A stretch of 62,654 nt of DNA, taken from NCBI GenBank assembly GCA_019347875.1, contig JAHWKN010000002.1, positions 1 through 62,654 of the forward strand, read 5' to 3'. Shown here piece after piece: positions 17,565-28,004 of this stretch (within the stretch, counting starts at the first letter, position 1; each line of letters opens with the position of its first letter). The notes under the pieces were generated by a model that had not been told where the DNA came from, made no database searches, and was given only the letters and a program-made list of their open reading frames with translations. The translations under genes were made by a program, and so were the position numbers. This stretch comes from Candidatus Parcubacteria bacterium. GTDB lineage: Bacteria > Patescibacteriota > Saccharimonadia > UBA4664 > JAHWKN01.

Positions 17565-18344
17565 GTGGCGCAGGTAATTGCGATTGCTAACCAGAAGGGC
17601 GGGGTGGGGAAGACGACCACCACCATTAACTTAGGCGCCTATTTGGCGAAGGGACGCCAGCGGGTGCTGGTGGTTGACCTAGATCCGCAGGCTAACACCA
17701 CTAGCGGCCTGGGAGTGGATAAAAACGATTTGAACCGGGCGCTGTACCACGCCTTGGTCGAGGACACTCCCGCGGCGGAGTTGATTGTGCGCACGCCCTA
17801 CCACGGGCTGGAACTGCTGCCCGCCTCTCCCGTGTTGGCCGCGGCCGAGCTTGAGCTGGTGGGGATGCCTGCGCGCGAGTTCCGCTTGAGCCGCGCGCTG
17901 CGCCAGCTGGAGTACGACTACATTCTGATTGATTGCCCGCCTTCACTGGGGCTTTTAACTATTAATGGTTTGGTGGGGGCTGGCGCCGTCATAATCCCGG
18001 TACAGGCCGAGTATTACGCATTGGAGGGTCTGGGGCAGCTGATTCAAACGATTCAGCGGGTAAAGAAGGGGCTGAACCCCAGCTTACATCTGCTCGGGGT
18101 GCTCCTAACCATGCACAACGGCCGCACCACCCTGTCGACCCAGGTTCACGCCGAGGTCAAGCGGCACTTCCCCGACAAGGTGTTTGATACAATTATCCCC
18201 AGAAACGTCCGTCTGGCCGAGGCTCCCAGTTACGGCAAGCCGATCAGCCATTACGACAGTTGGAGCAAGGGGGCCAAGGGCTACAAGCAGCTGGCCAAAG
18301 AGGTAGTCAAGCGGGCCGAAAAACGTCAGACATCCAAGGTTTGA
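17565..18344 (+). CDS. parA: Chromosome partitioning ATPase ParA/Soj
   Basis: Deviant Walker A NQKGGVGKTTT and the DLDPQ motif. Confidence 0.93.
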   Translation: MAQVIAIANQKGGVGKTTTTINLGAYLAKGRQRVLVVDLDPQANTTSGLGVDKNDLNRALYHALVEDTPAAELIVRTPYHGLELLPASPVLAAAELELVGMPAREFRLSRALRQLEYDYILIDCPPSLGLLTINGLVGAGAVIIPVQAEYYALEGLGQLIQTIQRVKKGLNPSLHLLGVLLTMHNGRTTLSTQVHAEVKRHFPDKVFDTIIPRNVRLAEAPSYGKPISHYDSWSKGAKGYKQLAKEVVKRAEKRQTSKV

Positions 18345-18373
18345 AGCAACAGCTAAATCAAAGGTAACAGGCT

Positions 18374-19279
18374 ATGAGTAATGCGAGCAACAAAAGGGGG
18401 TTAGGCCGGGGTTTTGACGCTTTGATCCCGACCCAGCTGGTGGAAGAGGAGTTTGATCCCACCGCCGCCACCACCGAGGCCGGCCAGCGGGTGTCGGGCG
18501 ACGTCGTCCGGCAAGTGGCGCCGGCGGCAATCGAGCCCAACCCACACCAGCCCCGCCAAACCTTTGACGAGGAGGCGCTGGCGCAGCTGGCGGCTTCGAT
18601 TACCGCGCACGGCATCTTGCAGCCTCTGGTGGTGACCGAAACCCAGGGCGGCGGTTACCAACTGATTGCCGGTGAGCGGCGGCTGCGGGCGGCTAAGCTG
18701 GCCGGTTTGGCCACCGTTCCGGTGATTGTGCGCAGCTTTAACGATCAGGAAAAGCTGGAGCTGGCCTTGATCGAAAACATTCAGCGGCAGGACCTCAACC
18801 CGATCGAAACCGCCACCGCCTACCGTAAGCTTATCGACCAGTTTAATCTGACCAACGAAGACATCGGCCGCCGCGTCGGCAAGGATGCTTCGACGGTTTC
18901 CAACACCATCCGTTTACTTAATCTGCCGCTGGAGGCTAAGCGGGCGGTGGCCGGCGGTGTCATTAGCGAAGGGCACGCGCGGGCTGTTTTAAGCGTGTCG
19001 CCCGAAAAGCAGCTGGTGCTGCTGGAGATGATGATCGAACGTGGCTGGACGGTGCGCCAGGCCGAGGCCTTTGCGCGCGACTTCAGGGGCGCGGCCACGC
19101 CCGGCCGGGCGCTTGAGCGCAGCGCCGGTACCAACGACTTGACGAGAAATCTGGGGGAGTACCTGGGCGCCAAGGTCAGTTTGGTGCGCACCGCCAAAGG
19201 CGGCCGTCTGCAGATTGAGTTTTACTCCGACGAGGAGTTGGACAGGATTTATAACGCCATCAAGAAGTCGGACGCCTGA
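18374..19279 (+). CDS. parB: Chromosome partitioning protein ParB/Spo0J
   Basis: GERRLRAAKLAG box, HTH region, IENIQRQDLNP. Confidence 0.93.
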   Translation: MSNASNKRGLGRGFDALIPTQLVEEEFDPTAATTEAGQRVSGDVVRQVAPAAIEPNPHQPRQTFDEEALAQLAASITAHGILQPLVVTETQGGGYQLIAGERRLRAAKLAGLATVPVIVRSFNDQEKLELALIENIQRQDLNPIETATAYRKLIDQFNLTNEDIGRRVGKDASTVSNTIRLLNLPLEAKRAVAGGVISEGHARAVLSVSPEKQLVLLEMMIERGWTVRQAEAFARDFRGAATPGRALERSAGTNDLTRNLGEYLGAKVSLVRTAKGGRLQIEFYSDEELDRIYNAIKKSDA

Positions 19280-19304
19280 ACCTGGAGCCGCGATCCGAGG
19301 GGGT

Positions 19305-20300
19305 TTAGTCTCTGGGGCCGGCGGCGGGCGTGACAGACTGGAAGTTCGGTATTTGCGAGAAGAATCTGAACATATCGATTGGCAGCAGCCGGATTACCGC
19401 CCGCCCGATGATGTTGCCGGTAGGCAGCGGGCCCCATTCCCGCGAGTCGAATGAGCCGTTAGGGGCGCGGTTGTCACCCACCACGAACACGTTGCCCTCG
19501 GGAATGACGTCGTCGTAGTTACCCAAGGTGACCGGGTCGCTGACTTTGTAGTCACCCGTGATGTCGGGGTTAAAGCCGGCGGGGATCTGGCTGTTGTAAA
19601 CCGTGATCTGGCCGTTTCTGACCACCACCCGTTCTCCCGGCAGTCCGATGACGCGTTTAACGAACACTAAGCCGGGGTCTTTAGGGTAGCGGAACACCAC
19701 CACTTCGCCGCGTTCTGGCACGTAAGCGTTCTGGTCGGTCGGACTCTTGGCCCGGGCCACACTGCCCTCAACTTTGGAGATGACCAGGTAGTCGGCCTCC
19801 CGCAGGGTTGGTACCATGCTCGACCCGACCACGTGGAAGGCCTGGAAGACGAAGCTGTGCAGCACCAGCACGATGCCGATGGGGATAATGAACCAGTTGA
19901 GCAGTCCGGTGACGACCGCCCACAGTCCTGCCCCCAGGCCGCTTAAGACGCCGGCGCTGCGGTCTTCGGGTTCCAGCTTTGGATTCTGCACGGGAAAGGC
20001 GCTGTTGTTGGGCGGCGGGGGAGTAGGAGGAGGGGCAGGGGCAGGGGAAGGAGTAGGAGCAGGGGCAGGGGAAGGAGTAGGAGCAGGAGGGGTGTAGGCG
20101 GACGGCGCTTCCGGCAAAGCGGCGGACTGAGGCGGCGCCGGAGGCAACGGCGCGGGCCCGTCCATGCGCGGGGCGGGCGGTACGCTGGGCAGCTGGAAGA
20201 CGTCGGATCGGTCGGCTGGGGGCTGGTTAGACGGATCCGCGGGCGGCTGAATGTAGGGATCGGGGTTACTTTGACTGGTAGAGCTGTTTTGGTCGTCCAT
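19305..20300 (-). CDS. lepB: Signal peptidase I with a ~130-aa Pro-rich N-terminal extension
   Basis: GSSMVPTL, VKRVIGLPGE and GDNRAPNGSFDSREWG boxes. Confidence 0.9.
   Translation of the reverse strand: MDDQNSSTSQSNPDPYIQPPADPSNQPPADRSDVFQLPSVPPAPRMDGPAPLPPAPPQSAALPEAPSAYTPPAPTPSPAPAPTPSPAPAPPPTPPPPNNSAFPVQNPKLEPEDRSAGVLSGLGAGLWAVVTGLLNWFIIPIGIVLVLHSFVFQAFHVVGSSMVPTLREADYLVISKVEGSVARAKSPTDQNAYVPERGEVVVFRYPKDPGLVFVKRVIGLPGERVVVRNGQITVYNSQIPAGFNPDITGDYKVSDPVTLGNYDDVIPEGNVFVVGDNRAPNGSFDSREWGPLPTGNIIGRAVIRLLPIDMFRFFSQIPNFQSVTPAAGPRD
20040..20108. repeat. 24-nt tandem repeat inside lepB (encodes PTPSPAPA units)
   Basis: GCAGGGGAAGGAGTAGGAGCAGGG at 20061-20084 is repeated at 20085-20108, with a partial unit upstream. 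Confidence 0.8.
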
Positions 20301-20467
20301 CTTAACAAGTATAGCCCAGAGGCGGGTGTCTATAAAGCATTGACTCTAATATTATGCGGCCACAGGTTACGCAGGGGGCCGCCGGGCCGCTGAAAACCGG
20401 CCGCCGGTTAAGAAATCAGGATTTAGCGCTTGGCATTTTTGGGTTGTGGCGTTTATACTTAAGCGTA

Positions 20468-22006
20468 ATGGATTCACGTCAACCTTTTGGACGGAGGCGC
20501 CTGGACGGCCCCTCCCGGCAGCCGCTCCACTTGCCGGCCAGGCCGAACTCGCTTCCAGCGCCAACTCCCACGGGGACGGCAGCGTCCGAGTCCCAACTCT
20601 CGGCTCCCACATCCGAGCCGCTAGCGAACCTGGTCGAGCCCGCACCCGCGCCTGCTGCCGGCCCCGAGCGGCCTGTTTTCCAGTACCGTAAACCGGTCTC
20701 CCGCCGGGCGTTTAAACCCAGTAAACGGGCGGCCATGGTGACGGCGGCGGTGATGGCCGCGGTGGGGGTGATTTTTGGTGCTAAAGTGCTTTTGGCCACC
20801 AGTAAAATCATTACCAGCAACGCCGGCGGCGGGGCTCCGGCGTTGGCGGGCGACGTCGACCCGACCAAGCTCAGAGGCGAAGGCGACGGCCGGGTTAACA
20901 TTTTGTTGTTAGGAGTCGGCGGGCCGGGGCATGACGGCGGTACGCTGAGCGATACCATCATGGTGGTAAGTTTGGACCCCCGCACCAAAGAGGTGGCTAT
21001 GCTTGGTATACCGCGCGACCTGTACGTACCGGTGCCGGGAGGTGGCTCGGCTAAAATTAACTCCGCGCATGCCTCCGGCGAGTCAAAACGCTATCGCGGC
21101 GGCGGGCCGGCGCTGGCTAAAAAGACGGTCGAGAACGTCCTCGGGGTGAGGATGCACTACTACGCCCGGATTGATTTTAGCGGTTTTAAAAAGGGCGTTG
21201 ATTCCGTGGGCGGGGTTGACGTGCAGGTCGAGGAGGATCTGTCCGACAGCAAGTACCCGTGCGACAGGAACCCGGCGCGTGAGTGCGGCTTTAACTTAGC
21301 GGCCGGGCCCCGGCACTTGAATGGGGCCACCGCTTTAAAGTATGCCCGCTGCCGCACCGGTACCTGCGGGGGGGATTTTGGCCGGGCGGCCCGTCAGCAG
21401 CAGGTACTGTTGGCGTTGCGCGACAAGGCCTTGAGCCTGTCGACCCTCACCAATCCGGCTAAAATAGCGGCTCTCATTGACGTAGTAGGTTCGAGCGCTC
21501 AAACCGATCTGCAGCTGGCGGAGATTAAGAAGCTGGCCGAGATCGCCAAGGAGATCGATAAAAACAAGGTTGTTACCAAGGTGCTCGACACCTCGCCTGA
21601 CGGTTTGTTAGAGTTCGGCGACATCCCCGGGGCCGGTTCGATCGTGGTACCCAAGGCCGGGGTGGGCGACTTTAGCGAGATCAAGCGGGCGGTTCAAGCT
21701 ATTTTTGTCGACAACTATCTCAAAGAAGAGGCGGCCAGCATCGAGGTGCACAACGGGACCACCCGCGACGGGTTGGCTACCAAGGTCGGCAAGGTTTTGC
21801 AGGGCTACAACTACAACGTCGTCAGGATGGTTACGGCCGACCGCCAAAACTACGCCGGTACCGTTATTTACGACTACACCGGCGGCCAAAAGCCCTACAC
21901 CGTTAAGTATCTGGAGACCCGCTTTGGCGCCAAGGCGCAAAAATTTCCCGGCAGCGGTAATCAAGCCGACATTAAAGTGGTGGTTGGGGCCGATTACCGG
22001 GAGTAA
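20468..22006 (+). CDS. LytR-CpsA-Psr (LCP) family cell-wall glycopolymer transferase
   Basis: NILLLGVGGPG...SDTIMVVSLDP...INSAHA...ALKYARCR pattern, single N-terminal TM. Start trimmed to ATG 20468. Confidence 0.85.
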   Translation: MDSRQPFGRRRLDGPSRQPLHLPARPNSLPAPTPTGTAASESQLSAPTSEPLANLVEPAPAPAAGPERPVFQYRKPVSRRAFKPSKRAAMVTAAVMAAVGVIFGAKVLLATSKIITSNAGGGAPALAGDVDPTKLRGEGDGRVNILLLGVGGPGHDGGTLSDTIMVVSLDPRTKEVAMLGIPRDLYVPVPGGGSAKINSAHASGESKRYRGGGPALAKKTVENVLGVRMHYYARIDFSGFKKGVDSVGGVDVQVEEDLSDSKYPCDRNPARECGFNLAAGPRHLNGATALKYARCRTGTCGGDFGRAARQQQVLLALRDKALSLSTLTNPAKIAALIDVVGSSAQTDLQLAEIKKLAEIAKEIDKNKVVTKVLDTSPDGLLEFGDIPGAGSIVVPKAGVGDFSEIKRAVQAIFVDNYLKEEAASIEVHNGTTRDGLATKVGKVLQGYNYNVVRMVTADRQNYAGTVIYDYTGGQKPYTVKYLETRFGAKAQKFPGSGNQADIKVVVGADYRE

Positions 22007-22093
22007 GGCGTTTGCTCAATTGGCGGTTTTGGTTTTAAATAATGTGCAGTGAATCGCCGCCGGAGTGCTGACTAAGAGCTTGAGTTTAAGCAA

Positions 22094-22840
22094 ATGAACC
22101 CTGTTACAGTAAAAGTTGCAAACTGGCTGCCCAGCCTGGCGCTGGTTGGCCTGATTTTGTGGTTGGCCAGACTGCAGCAGCCGGTTTTGGCCGTTGCCTT
22201 AGTGCTGGTGGTAGAGGGGTACGCTGCTTGGCGGACGGCGGGGCGGTCGTGGGCCGGACAGGTGGCGGCCAGCCAGCGGTGGCTGCTTAGCCTGTCGATG
22301 GCCGTTTTGATCGTGCTTAGCCCGGGCTTCGGCGGTCAGGCGGTGCTGGCCGCAGCTTTCTTGGCCGGGAGGGTTTGGCTGGTCCCGCGCCGGGGCGAGG
22401 AGAGGAGCGGGTTGATACTGGCGGCGGTGAACCAGTTGGCCGCTTTATCCGCCATCTTTTTGGCCGCCGGTGTCTGGCGCGTCCCGACCGGTTTGGTGGT
22501 TATCCTGACGTGGGCTACAAGCTGGCTGGTGGCAACGGGTTTGCTGGCGCGCTACCGCGATCCCGCCGCCCCGGCTCTGGCTGCAGCCTGGGCGTTGGTG
22601 GCCGCTCAGTGCGCTTGGGTGTTCTCACTTTGGCTGGTAAACTATATTGTGCTGGACGGCTTGCTGGTCGTGCCCCAGCCGGCGGTGGTCTTAACCGCCA
22701 TCGCCTACTGCCTAGCCGGCATATACGTTTCCCACCGCCAGGGCAGCTTGAGCCGCAGCCGCTTGGTGGAGTATCTGATGATCGGGCTGGTGGTCCTGGT
22801 GGTGGTGGCGTTGGGGACGAAGTGGAACGGCCTTATTTAG
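22094..22840 (+). CDS. Polytopic membrane protein, unknown function
   Basis: 248 aa, about 7 hydrophobic segments, Trp/Ala/Leu-rich. No motif recognised. Confidence 0.6.
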   Translation: MNPVTVKVANWLPSLALVGLILWLARLQQPVLAVALVLVVEGYAAWRTAGRSWAGQVAASQRWLLSLSMAVLIVLSPGFGGQAVLAAAFLAGRVWLVPRRGEERSGLILAAVNQLAALSAIFLAAGVWRVPTGLVVILTWATSWLVATGLLARYRDPAAPALAAAWALVAAQCAWVFSLWLVNYIVLDGLLVVPQPAVVLTAIAYCLAGIYVSHRQGSLSRSRLVEYLMIGLVVLVVVALGTKWNGLI

Positions 22841-22892
22841 CGGCCAGCTGGCGGATCCAAATTATTTACCAACTTTACTGGCGAGGAAAGAC

Positions 22893-24020
22893 ATGGACGA
22901 CGGCCGGACCGATGATAAGCTATCCGCTGCAAATCTGCCTTACGCCCTGGTAAAACGGCTGGTTGCCGTTGCGCTGATTTTCGGTTTGGGCGGCGGGTTG
23001 GCCGGCAGTTACGCCATGGTGCGGTACTTTCCGGGGGCTATTACGGTTGATAAGCAAAGAGTCAGGCTCGAGGAGAGCTCGGCGGTAGTTGACGTGGTCA
23101 AAAAGGTTTCACCCAGCGTCGTTAGTATCACCACCGCCACTACCGGGATCGGGCCGTTTGGGTTTCGCCAGGCTCAGACCGGTGCCGGCACCGGGGTTAT
23201 TTTAAGCGAGGACGGGTTGATCTTAACCAACAAGCACGTGCTGCCGGAAGAGGCCGGCAGCTTTAGTATTTTTACGTCTGATGGGCGCGAGTATCGCGAC
23301 GCCAAGGTGGTGGCACGAGATCCGCTTAACGACATCGCCTTTTTGCGTATCAACGCTAAGGGACTGAAACCGGCGGAGCTGGGTGATTCACGGGGCCTGT
23401 TGGTAGGCCAAAAAGTGGTGGCGATCGGTAACGCCTTGGGCCGGTTCGACAACACCGCCACCGAGGGCATCATTTCGGGGCTGGGACGGCCGATCGGATC
23501 GGAGGGGTTGCAAAACTTAATTCAAACCGATGCCGCTATCAATCCCGGCAACTCCGGCGGCCCGTTGGTGAACATTGACGGCCAGGTGATCGGTATCAAC
23601 ACCGCCGTGGCCGGCGGCGGCGCCCAAAACATCGGCTTTGCCATACCGATCTCAGAGGTCGAGCAGGCCATTGCCAGTATCAGGTCCGAGGGGCGGATAG
23701 TGCGGCCGTACCTGGGCGTCAGCTACATTCCGATGACGCGCGATTTGGCCCGCCGGTACAACCTTAGCACCACCGAAGGGGCGCTGGTGGCTGGCGGCGA
23801 GGGCCAGCCCGCCGTTATCCCTGATAGCCCGGCGGCTAAAGCCGGCTTGCGCGAGGGTGACATCATTACCAAGATCGACGGCACAAAGGTTGACGAAGAC
23901 AACCCGCTGGCAACGCTGGTGGGACGGCACAAGGTAGGGGACAAGGTGAAGGTGACGTACTTGCGCGACGGCCAGGAGCAAACGGCAGAGGTGACGCTGG
24001 AAGAGGCGCGCGGGCAGTAA
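22893..24020 (+). CDS. htrA: HtrA/DegP-family serine protease with PDZ domain
   Basis: TNKHV, DIAFL and GNSGGPLVN catalytic triad context, plus a C-terminal PDZ (GDIITKIDG). Confidence 0.92.
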   Translation: MDDGRTDDKLSAANLPYALVKRLVAVALIFGLGGGLAGSYAMVRYFPGAITVDKQRVRLEESSAVVDVVKKVSPSVVSITTATTGIGPFGFRQAQTGAGTGVILSEDGLILTNKHVLPEEAGSFSIFTSDGREYRDAKVVARDPLNDIAFLRINAKGLKPAELGDSRGLLVGQKVVAIGNALGRFDNTATEGIISGLGRPIGSEGLQNLIQTDAAINPGNSGGPLVNIDGQVIGINTAVAGGGAQNIGFAIPISEVEQAIASIRSEGRIVRPYLGVSYIPMTRDLARRYNLSTTEGALVAGGEGQPAVIPDSPAAKAGLREGDIITKIDGTKVDEDNPLATLVGRHKVGDKVKVTYLRDGQEQTAEVTLEEARGQ

Positions 24021-24038
24021 AAGCTGCTTTAAAAGCAG

Positions 24039-24857
24039 TCAAGCCAGCCGAAAGCCCAGAATAAAGTAGTCTTGCTCGATCGGCTTGAGCCCGATCTTGT
24101 TGGCCTCTTGAATTAAAGCCGCCTGCTGCCAGGGGTCGGATTCGGTGAAGAGGTAGCCGCCGGGAGCAAGGTAGCGGGGCAGCTGGGCCAGGAAGCGGCG
24201 GTAAAGACCGAGGCCGTCACCGGGTCCGCCAAACAAGGCCACGTTCGGCTCACGCTTAACCTCCGGCAGCAGCTCGTCCCGGGCATCGTCCGGTAAGTAA
24301 GGCAGGTTGGCGACAACGGTCGAAAAGCGCTGCGGTGTGCTTAAGGCCCCGAAAAGATCACCGTGCAGCAACTCTACTCTTAGGTTATGCTTAGCGGCGT
24401 TACGGCGGGCGACATTGAGGGCGCCGACCGAAACATCGGTGGCCGTGACGGACAGGTCCGGGCGCTGTTTGGCGATCGCCAGGACGATGGCTCCGCAGCC
24501 CGTACCGATGTCGATCAGGCTCGAGTCTGGGGGGGAATACTCAACGGCCAACTCAACCAGCTTCTCGGTTTCGACCCGGGGCACGAGGACGTTGGCGTCG
24601 ACAAAAAAACTCATTCCGTAAAACTCTCGGCCGCTGGTCAGGTGGACCAGCGGGACGCGCCGGGATCGCCGGTCGGTTAAAACGCGGTATGTTTTTACTT
24701 GGTCGCCCGGCAGCTTTACTTCGGGATGCGCCAGCAGCCAGCTGCGCCCCTGGCCGGTGACGTGTTCCAGCAGCAGCTGGCTGTCCAGCCGGGCGCTGGG
24801 AACGCCGGCGGCTTGAAGCTGGGACCGGGCCCGACTAAGCAGCTGCCCGACGGTCAT
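24039..24857 (-). CDS. prmC: Release-factor glutamine methyltransferase PrmC/HemK
   Basis: SAM motif DIGTGCG. The catalytic tetrapeptide reads NLPY instead of NPPY. 4-nt overlap with prfA. Confidence 0.85.
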   Translation of the reverse strand: MTVGQLLSRARSQLQAAGVPSARLDSQLLLEHVTGQGRSWLLAHPEVKLPGDQVKTYRVLTDRRSRRVPLVHLTSGREFYGMSFFVDANVLVPRVETEKLVELAVEYSPPDSSLIDIGTGCGAIVLAIAKQRPDLSVTATDVSVGALNVARRNAAKHNLRVELLHGDLFGALSTPQRFSTVVANLPYLPDDARDELLPEVKREPNVALFGGPGDGLGLYRRFLAQLPRYLAPGGYLFTESDPWQQAALIQEANKIGLKPIEQDYFILGFRLA

Positions 24858-25900
24858 GCTTTGGCGGCGGCCAGGGCGGCCTCGAGGTCGGCCGCCCGCA
24901 ACGCCTGGATCATGTCGTCGATCTGACCAGTCATGAAACCGGGGAGGCCGTGGCGGCTGAGGTTGATGCGATGGTCGGTCACGCGGTCTTGGGGAAAGTT
25001 GTAGGTGCGGATTTTTTCACTGCGGTCGCCGGTGCCGATCTGACCGCGCCGGGCAGTATCTAGTTCTTGGCGCTCGTTCTCCAGCTTTTGGGCCAGCAAG
25101 CGCGAACGCAGCACGCTCATGGCCTTGAGTTTGTTCTTGAGCTGGCTTTTCTCGTCCTGGCAGGTAACGACCAGGCCGGAGGGCAGATGGGTGATGCGGA
25201 CGGCTGAGTCGGTGGTGTTAACCGATTGGCCGCCGTGGCCGCCGGAGCGGTAGACATCGATACGCAGATCGTTAGGGTTAATTTCCAGTTCGGTTTCCTC
25301 CGCTTCGGCTAAGACCGCGACGGTTACCGTTGAGGTGTGAACCCGCCCCTGTGACTCGGTGGCCGGCACCCGCTGCACCCGGTGGACGCCGGACTCGTAC
25401 TTGAGATGGGCGTAGGTAGCGGCGCCTTTGACGCTAAAGATGACCTCTTTATAACCCCCAACGTCCGACGGGCTCTCCGAGATCAGCTCCGCGTGCCAGC
25501 CCTTGGTTTCAGCGTAACGAGCATACATACGGTAGAGCTCGGCGGCAAACAATGAAGCTTCATCGCCCCCAGCCCCAGCCCGGATTTCGATAATGGCGCT
25601 TTTGGCGTCCTGCGGGTCTTTCGGTACCAGCGCCAGTCTTAGTTTGTCTTCGATTTCGGCCTTGGCTGCCAGCAAGCGGGGCATTTCCGCGCCGGCCATG
25701 CCGGCCAGCTCCGGATCCTCCAGCACCGCCAGGTCGTCACCGATACGCCGGCGCCGGTCGTAAAGCTCGATCAAGCCCTGCAGCTCAGCCTGCCGCTTGC
25801 CCAGTTTAGCCATGGCAGGGGTGCCGAACAGGGCGCTGTCTTGCATCTGCTTAGCAATCGCCTCGTACTCGGCCCTGATCTTGGTTTCGGTTTCGTCCAT
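24854..25900 (-). CDS. prfA: Peptide chain release factor 1
   Basis: GGQ ([10 protein letters not shown]) and the PAT tripeptide anticodon ([10 protein letters not shown]). Confidence 0.95.
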   Translation of the reverse strand: MDETETKIRAEYEAIAKQMQDSALFGTPAMAKLGKRQAELQGLIELYDRRRRIGDDLAVLEDPELAGMAGAEMPRLLAAKAEIEDKLRLALVPKDPQDAKSAIIEIRAGAGGDEASLFAAELYRMYARYAETKGWHAELISESPSDVGGYKEVIFSVKGAATYAHLKYESGVHRVQRVPATESQGRVHTSTVTVAVLAEAEETELEINPNDLRIDVYRSGGHGGQSVNTTDSAVRITHLPSGLVVTCQDEKSQLKNKLKAMSVLRSRLLAQKLENERQELDTARRGQIGTGDRSEKIRTYNFPQDRVTDHRINLSRHGLPGFMTGQIDDMIQALRAADLEAALAAAKA

Positions 25901-25931
25901 ACAGTAACCTTCCTAAGTTGCGGCCGCTCAA

Positions 25932-25962
25932 CAAAAAACGCCTGCCATTATTGTAGCAGGCG
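25932..25962 (-). terminator. Intrinsic terminator after rpmE
   Basis: On the minus strand: CGCCTGC-TACAATAATG-GCAGGCG followed by TTTTTTG. Confidence 0.75.
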
Positions 25963-25981
25963 CACGACAGACAGCTTAAGT

Positions 25982-26350
25982 TTACGCTGGGGCGTCTCCG
26001 GGGGTTTGACCGGGCTTTTGCCGGACCCGCGGCGCCTTCTGGCCGTCCGGCAGGTTAACCGTTTCAGCCTGGAACTCTTGCTGGATTTCGGCTAACTCGG
26101 GGTCCTCGGCCTGGTTCTTAGTGCGAGCCTTTGACTCGGCGATCTTGGCGGCTTGCTGGCGGCGAGCGTTAAACTTATCAACCCGTCCGGCGGTATCAAG
26201 CAGCTTTTGCTTGCCGGTGTAAAAGGGGTGGCAGTTGGAGCAGATTTCGACGGTAATGGCGGGCACGGTGGAGCGCGTCTCAAAGCTGGTGCCGCAGCCG
26301 TTGCACCTAACCTTCGTCTCCATGTAATCGGGGTGAATGTTTTGTTTCAT
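25982..26350 (-). CDS. rpmE: 50S ribosomal protein L31 (Zn-binding type) with a ~50-aa C-terminal tail
   Basis: MKQNIHPDY...CNGCG...[13 protein letters not shown]. Confidence 0.92.
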   Translation of the reverse strand: MKQNIHPDYMETKVRCNGCGTSFETRSTVPAITVEICSNCHPFYTGKQKLLDTAGRVDKFNARRQQAAKIAESKARTKNQAEDPELAEIQQEFQAETVNLPDGQKAPRVRQKPGQTPGDAPA

Positions 26351-26574
26351 AACTGCGATAATATAGCGGATTTTGGCCGGCCGGTCAAATTGATCCAGCT
26401 CTGACGGCCCGGACCAACACGTGATCCACCCGGTGCGGTCTTGCCGAAACGAATCTGATCTGCTAGAGTAGGCAAGTTATAATTAAAGAAACAGCGCATC
26501 GGTCAATCCTCTTTGTACTAAGCTCCAGCGAGAGCTAAAAACAAAGTTAGGTGCGTGAAGAGAAAGGATTTGTC

Positions 26575-27318
26575 TTGGCAGGGGTTAGTTTAAAGGAGTT
26601 ACTGGAAGCGGGGGCTCACTTCGGGCACCAGACCCGGCGCTGGAATCCCAAAATGCGGCCATTTATTTTTGGCGCGCGCGGTGGGGTTCACATTATCGAC
26701 TTAACCCAGACCTCCCGGCACCTGTCGGCGGCCGCTAAGTTTGCCCGCGGCGTGACGGCCGGCGGCGGGGTGATCTTGTTCGTCTGCACTAAGCGCCAGG
26801 GCAAAGCCATCGTCAAGCAGGCGGCGATCGACGCCGGCATGCCGTACGTGGCCGAGCGCTGGCTGGGAGGCATGTTAACCAACTTCCGTACCATCAAAGC
26901 CCAAATTAACCGCCTGAAGAAGCTGGAGGCTCAAAATGAGTCGGGCGAGATGAACCAAAACTACAACAAAAAGGAGGTGGGGGTGCTGATGGAAGAGGTG
27001 GCCAAGCTGAACCACGTGTTTGGCGGGATTAAGGAGCTAGATGGCATGCCGGCGGCCCTGTACGTGGTCGACGCGCCCAAGGAACACACGGCGGTACTGG
27101 AGGCCAAGAAGCTGGGCATCCCGGTCATCGCTATAGCCGACTCAAACGCTGACCCTGGTTTGATTGACCACCCGATTCCGGCCAATGACGATGCTATAAA
27201 ATCGATCAAGGTGATTACCAAGGCGATCGCTGAGGCGGCCAGAGAGGGGCGGGGTGAGTACTTGGCCAGCCACCAGGAAACCGCTAAAACCGATCAGCCG
27301 GCTGCGGCCACGCGGTAA
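26575..27318 (+). CDS. rpsB: 30S ribosomal protein S2
   Basis: LLEAGAHFGHQTRRWNPKM. The TTG 26575 start aligns with canonical S2 N-termini (the ORF-track start 26551 is also possible). Confidence 0.93.
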   Translation: MAGVSLKELLEAGAHFGHQTRRWNPKMRPFIFGARGGVHIIDLTQTSRHLSAAAKFARGVTAGGGVILFVCTKRQGKAIVKQAAIDAGMPYVAERWLGGMLTNFRTIKAQINRLKKLEAQNESGEMNQNYNKKEVGVLMEEVAKLNHVFGGIKELDGMPAALYVVDAPKEHTAVLEAKKLGIPVIAIADSNADPGLIDHPIPANDDAIKSIKVITKAIAEAAREGRGEYLASHQETAKTDQPAAATR

Positions 27319-27392
27319 GAACCGTCAGCTTGATCGCAGCCTCGGGAGACCGGGGCTTGAAACCGGCAAATAGGAACTGGAGTAAAAGTAAA

Positions 27393-28004
27393 ATGGCGAT
27401 TAGCTTAGAGGATATCAAAAAACTGCGGGCGGCCACCGGTGCCGGCATGATGAACGCCAAGAACGCCTTGGTCGAGGCCGGGGGAGACTTCGACAAAGCG
27501 GTCGAAATTTTGCGGCTGGCCGGTCAGGCCAGCGCGGCCAAAAAAGCCGACCGCGAGGCCCGTAACGGGTTGGTTGAGGGCTACGTTCACGGCGGCAAGA
27601 TCGGCGTCTTGGTTGAGATTACCTGCGAGACCGACTTTGTGGCCCGCACCGATGATTTTAAGCGGTTCGCCCACGACATCGCCATGCAGGTAGCGGCTAC
27701 GGCCCCGGTGTACGTATCGCCGGCCGACATACCGGAGGCCGCTATCGAGAAGGAGAAAGAGATTTACCGCGGCGAGCTGGAAGCCAGCCAGGCAACCGCC
27801 GGTAAGCCCACTGAAATTATCGACAAGATCGTGGCCGGTAAGCTGGACAAGTACTACCAGTCGGTCTGCCTGACCCGCCAGCCGTTCGTCAAGGACCCCG
27901 ACCGCTCGGTCGACGACCTGACGAAGGCGCTGGTTGCCAAGCTAGGCGAAAACGTAGTGGTTCGGCGCTTCAGCCGGCTTGAGTTAGGCGGGTCGAGTGG
28001 TTAG
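27393..28004 (+). CDS. tsf: Elongation factor Ts (short form)
   Basis: IKKLRAATGAGMMNAKNALVEAGGDFDKAVEILR. Start trimmed to ATG 27393. Confidence 0.93.
   Translation: MAISLEDIKKLRAATGAGMMNAKNALVEAGGDFDKAVEILRLAGQASAAKKADREARNGLVEGYVHGGKIGVLVEITCETDFVARTDDFKRFAHDIAMQVAATAPVYVSPADIPEAAIEKEKEIYRGELEASQATAGKPTEIIDKIVAGKLDKYYQSVCLTRQPFVKDPDRSVDDLTKALVAKLGENVVVRRFSRLELGGSSG

Noticed and set aside
17565-19279. parAB as a marker of a nearby replication origin
   Set aside because: There is no dnaA, dnaN or gidAB, and I spotted no cluster of DnaA-box-like TTATCCACA sequences by eye. I did not compute GC skew, so no origin claim is made.
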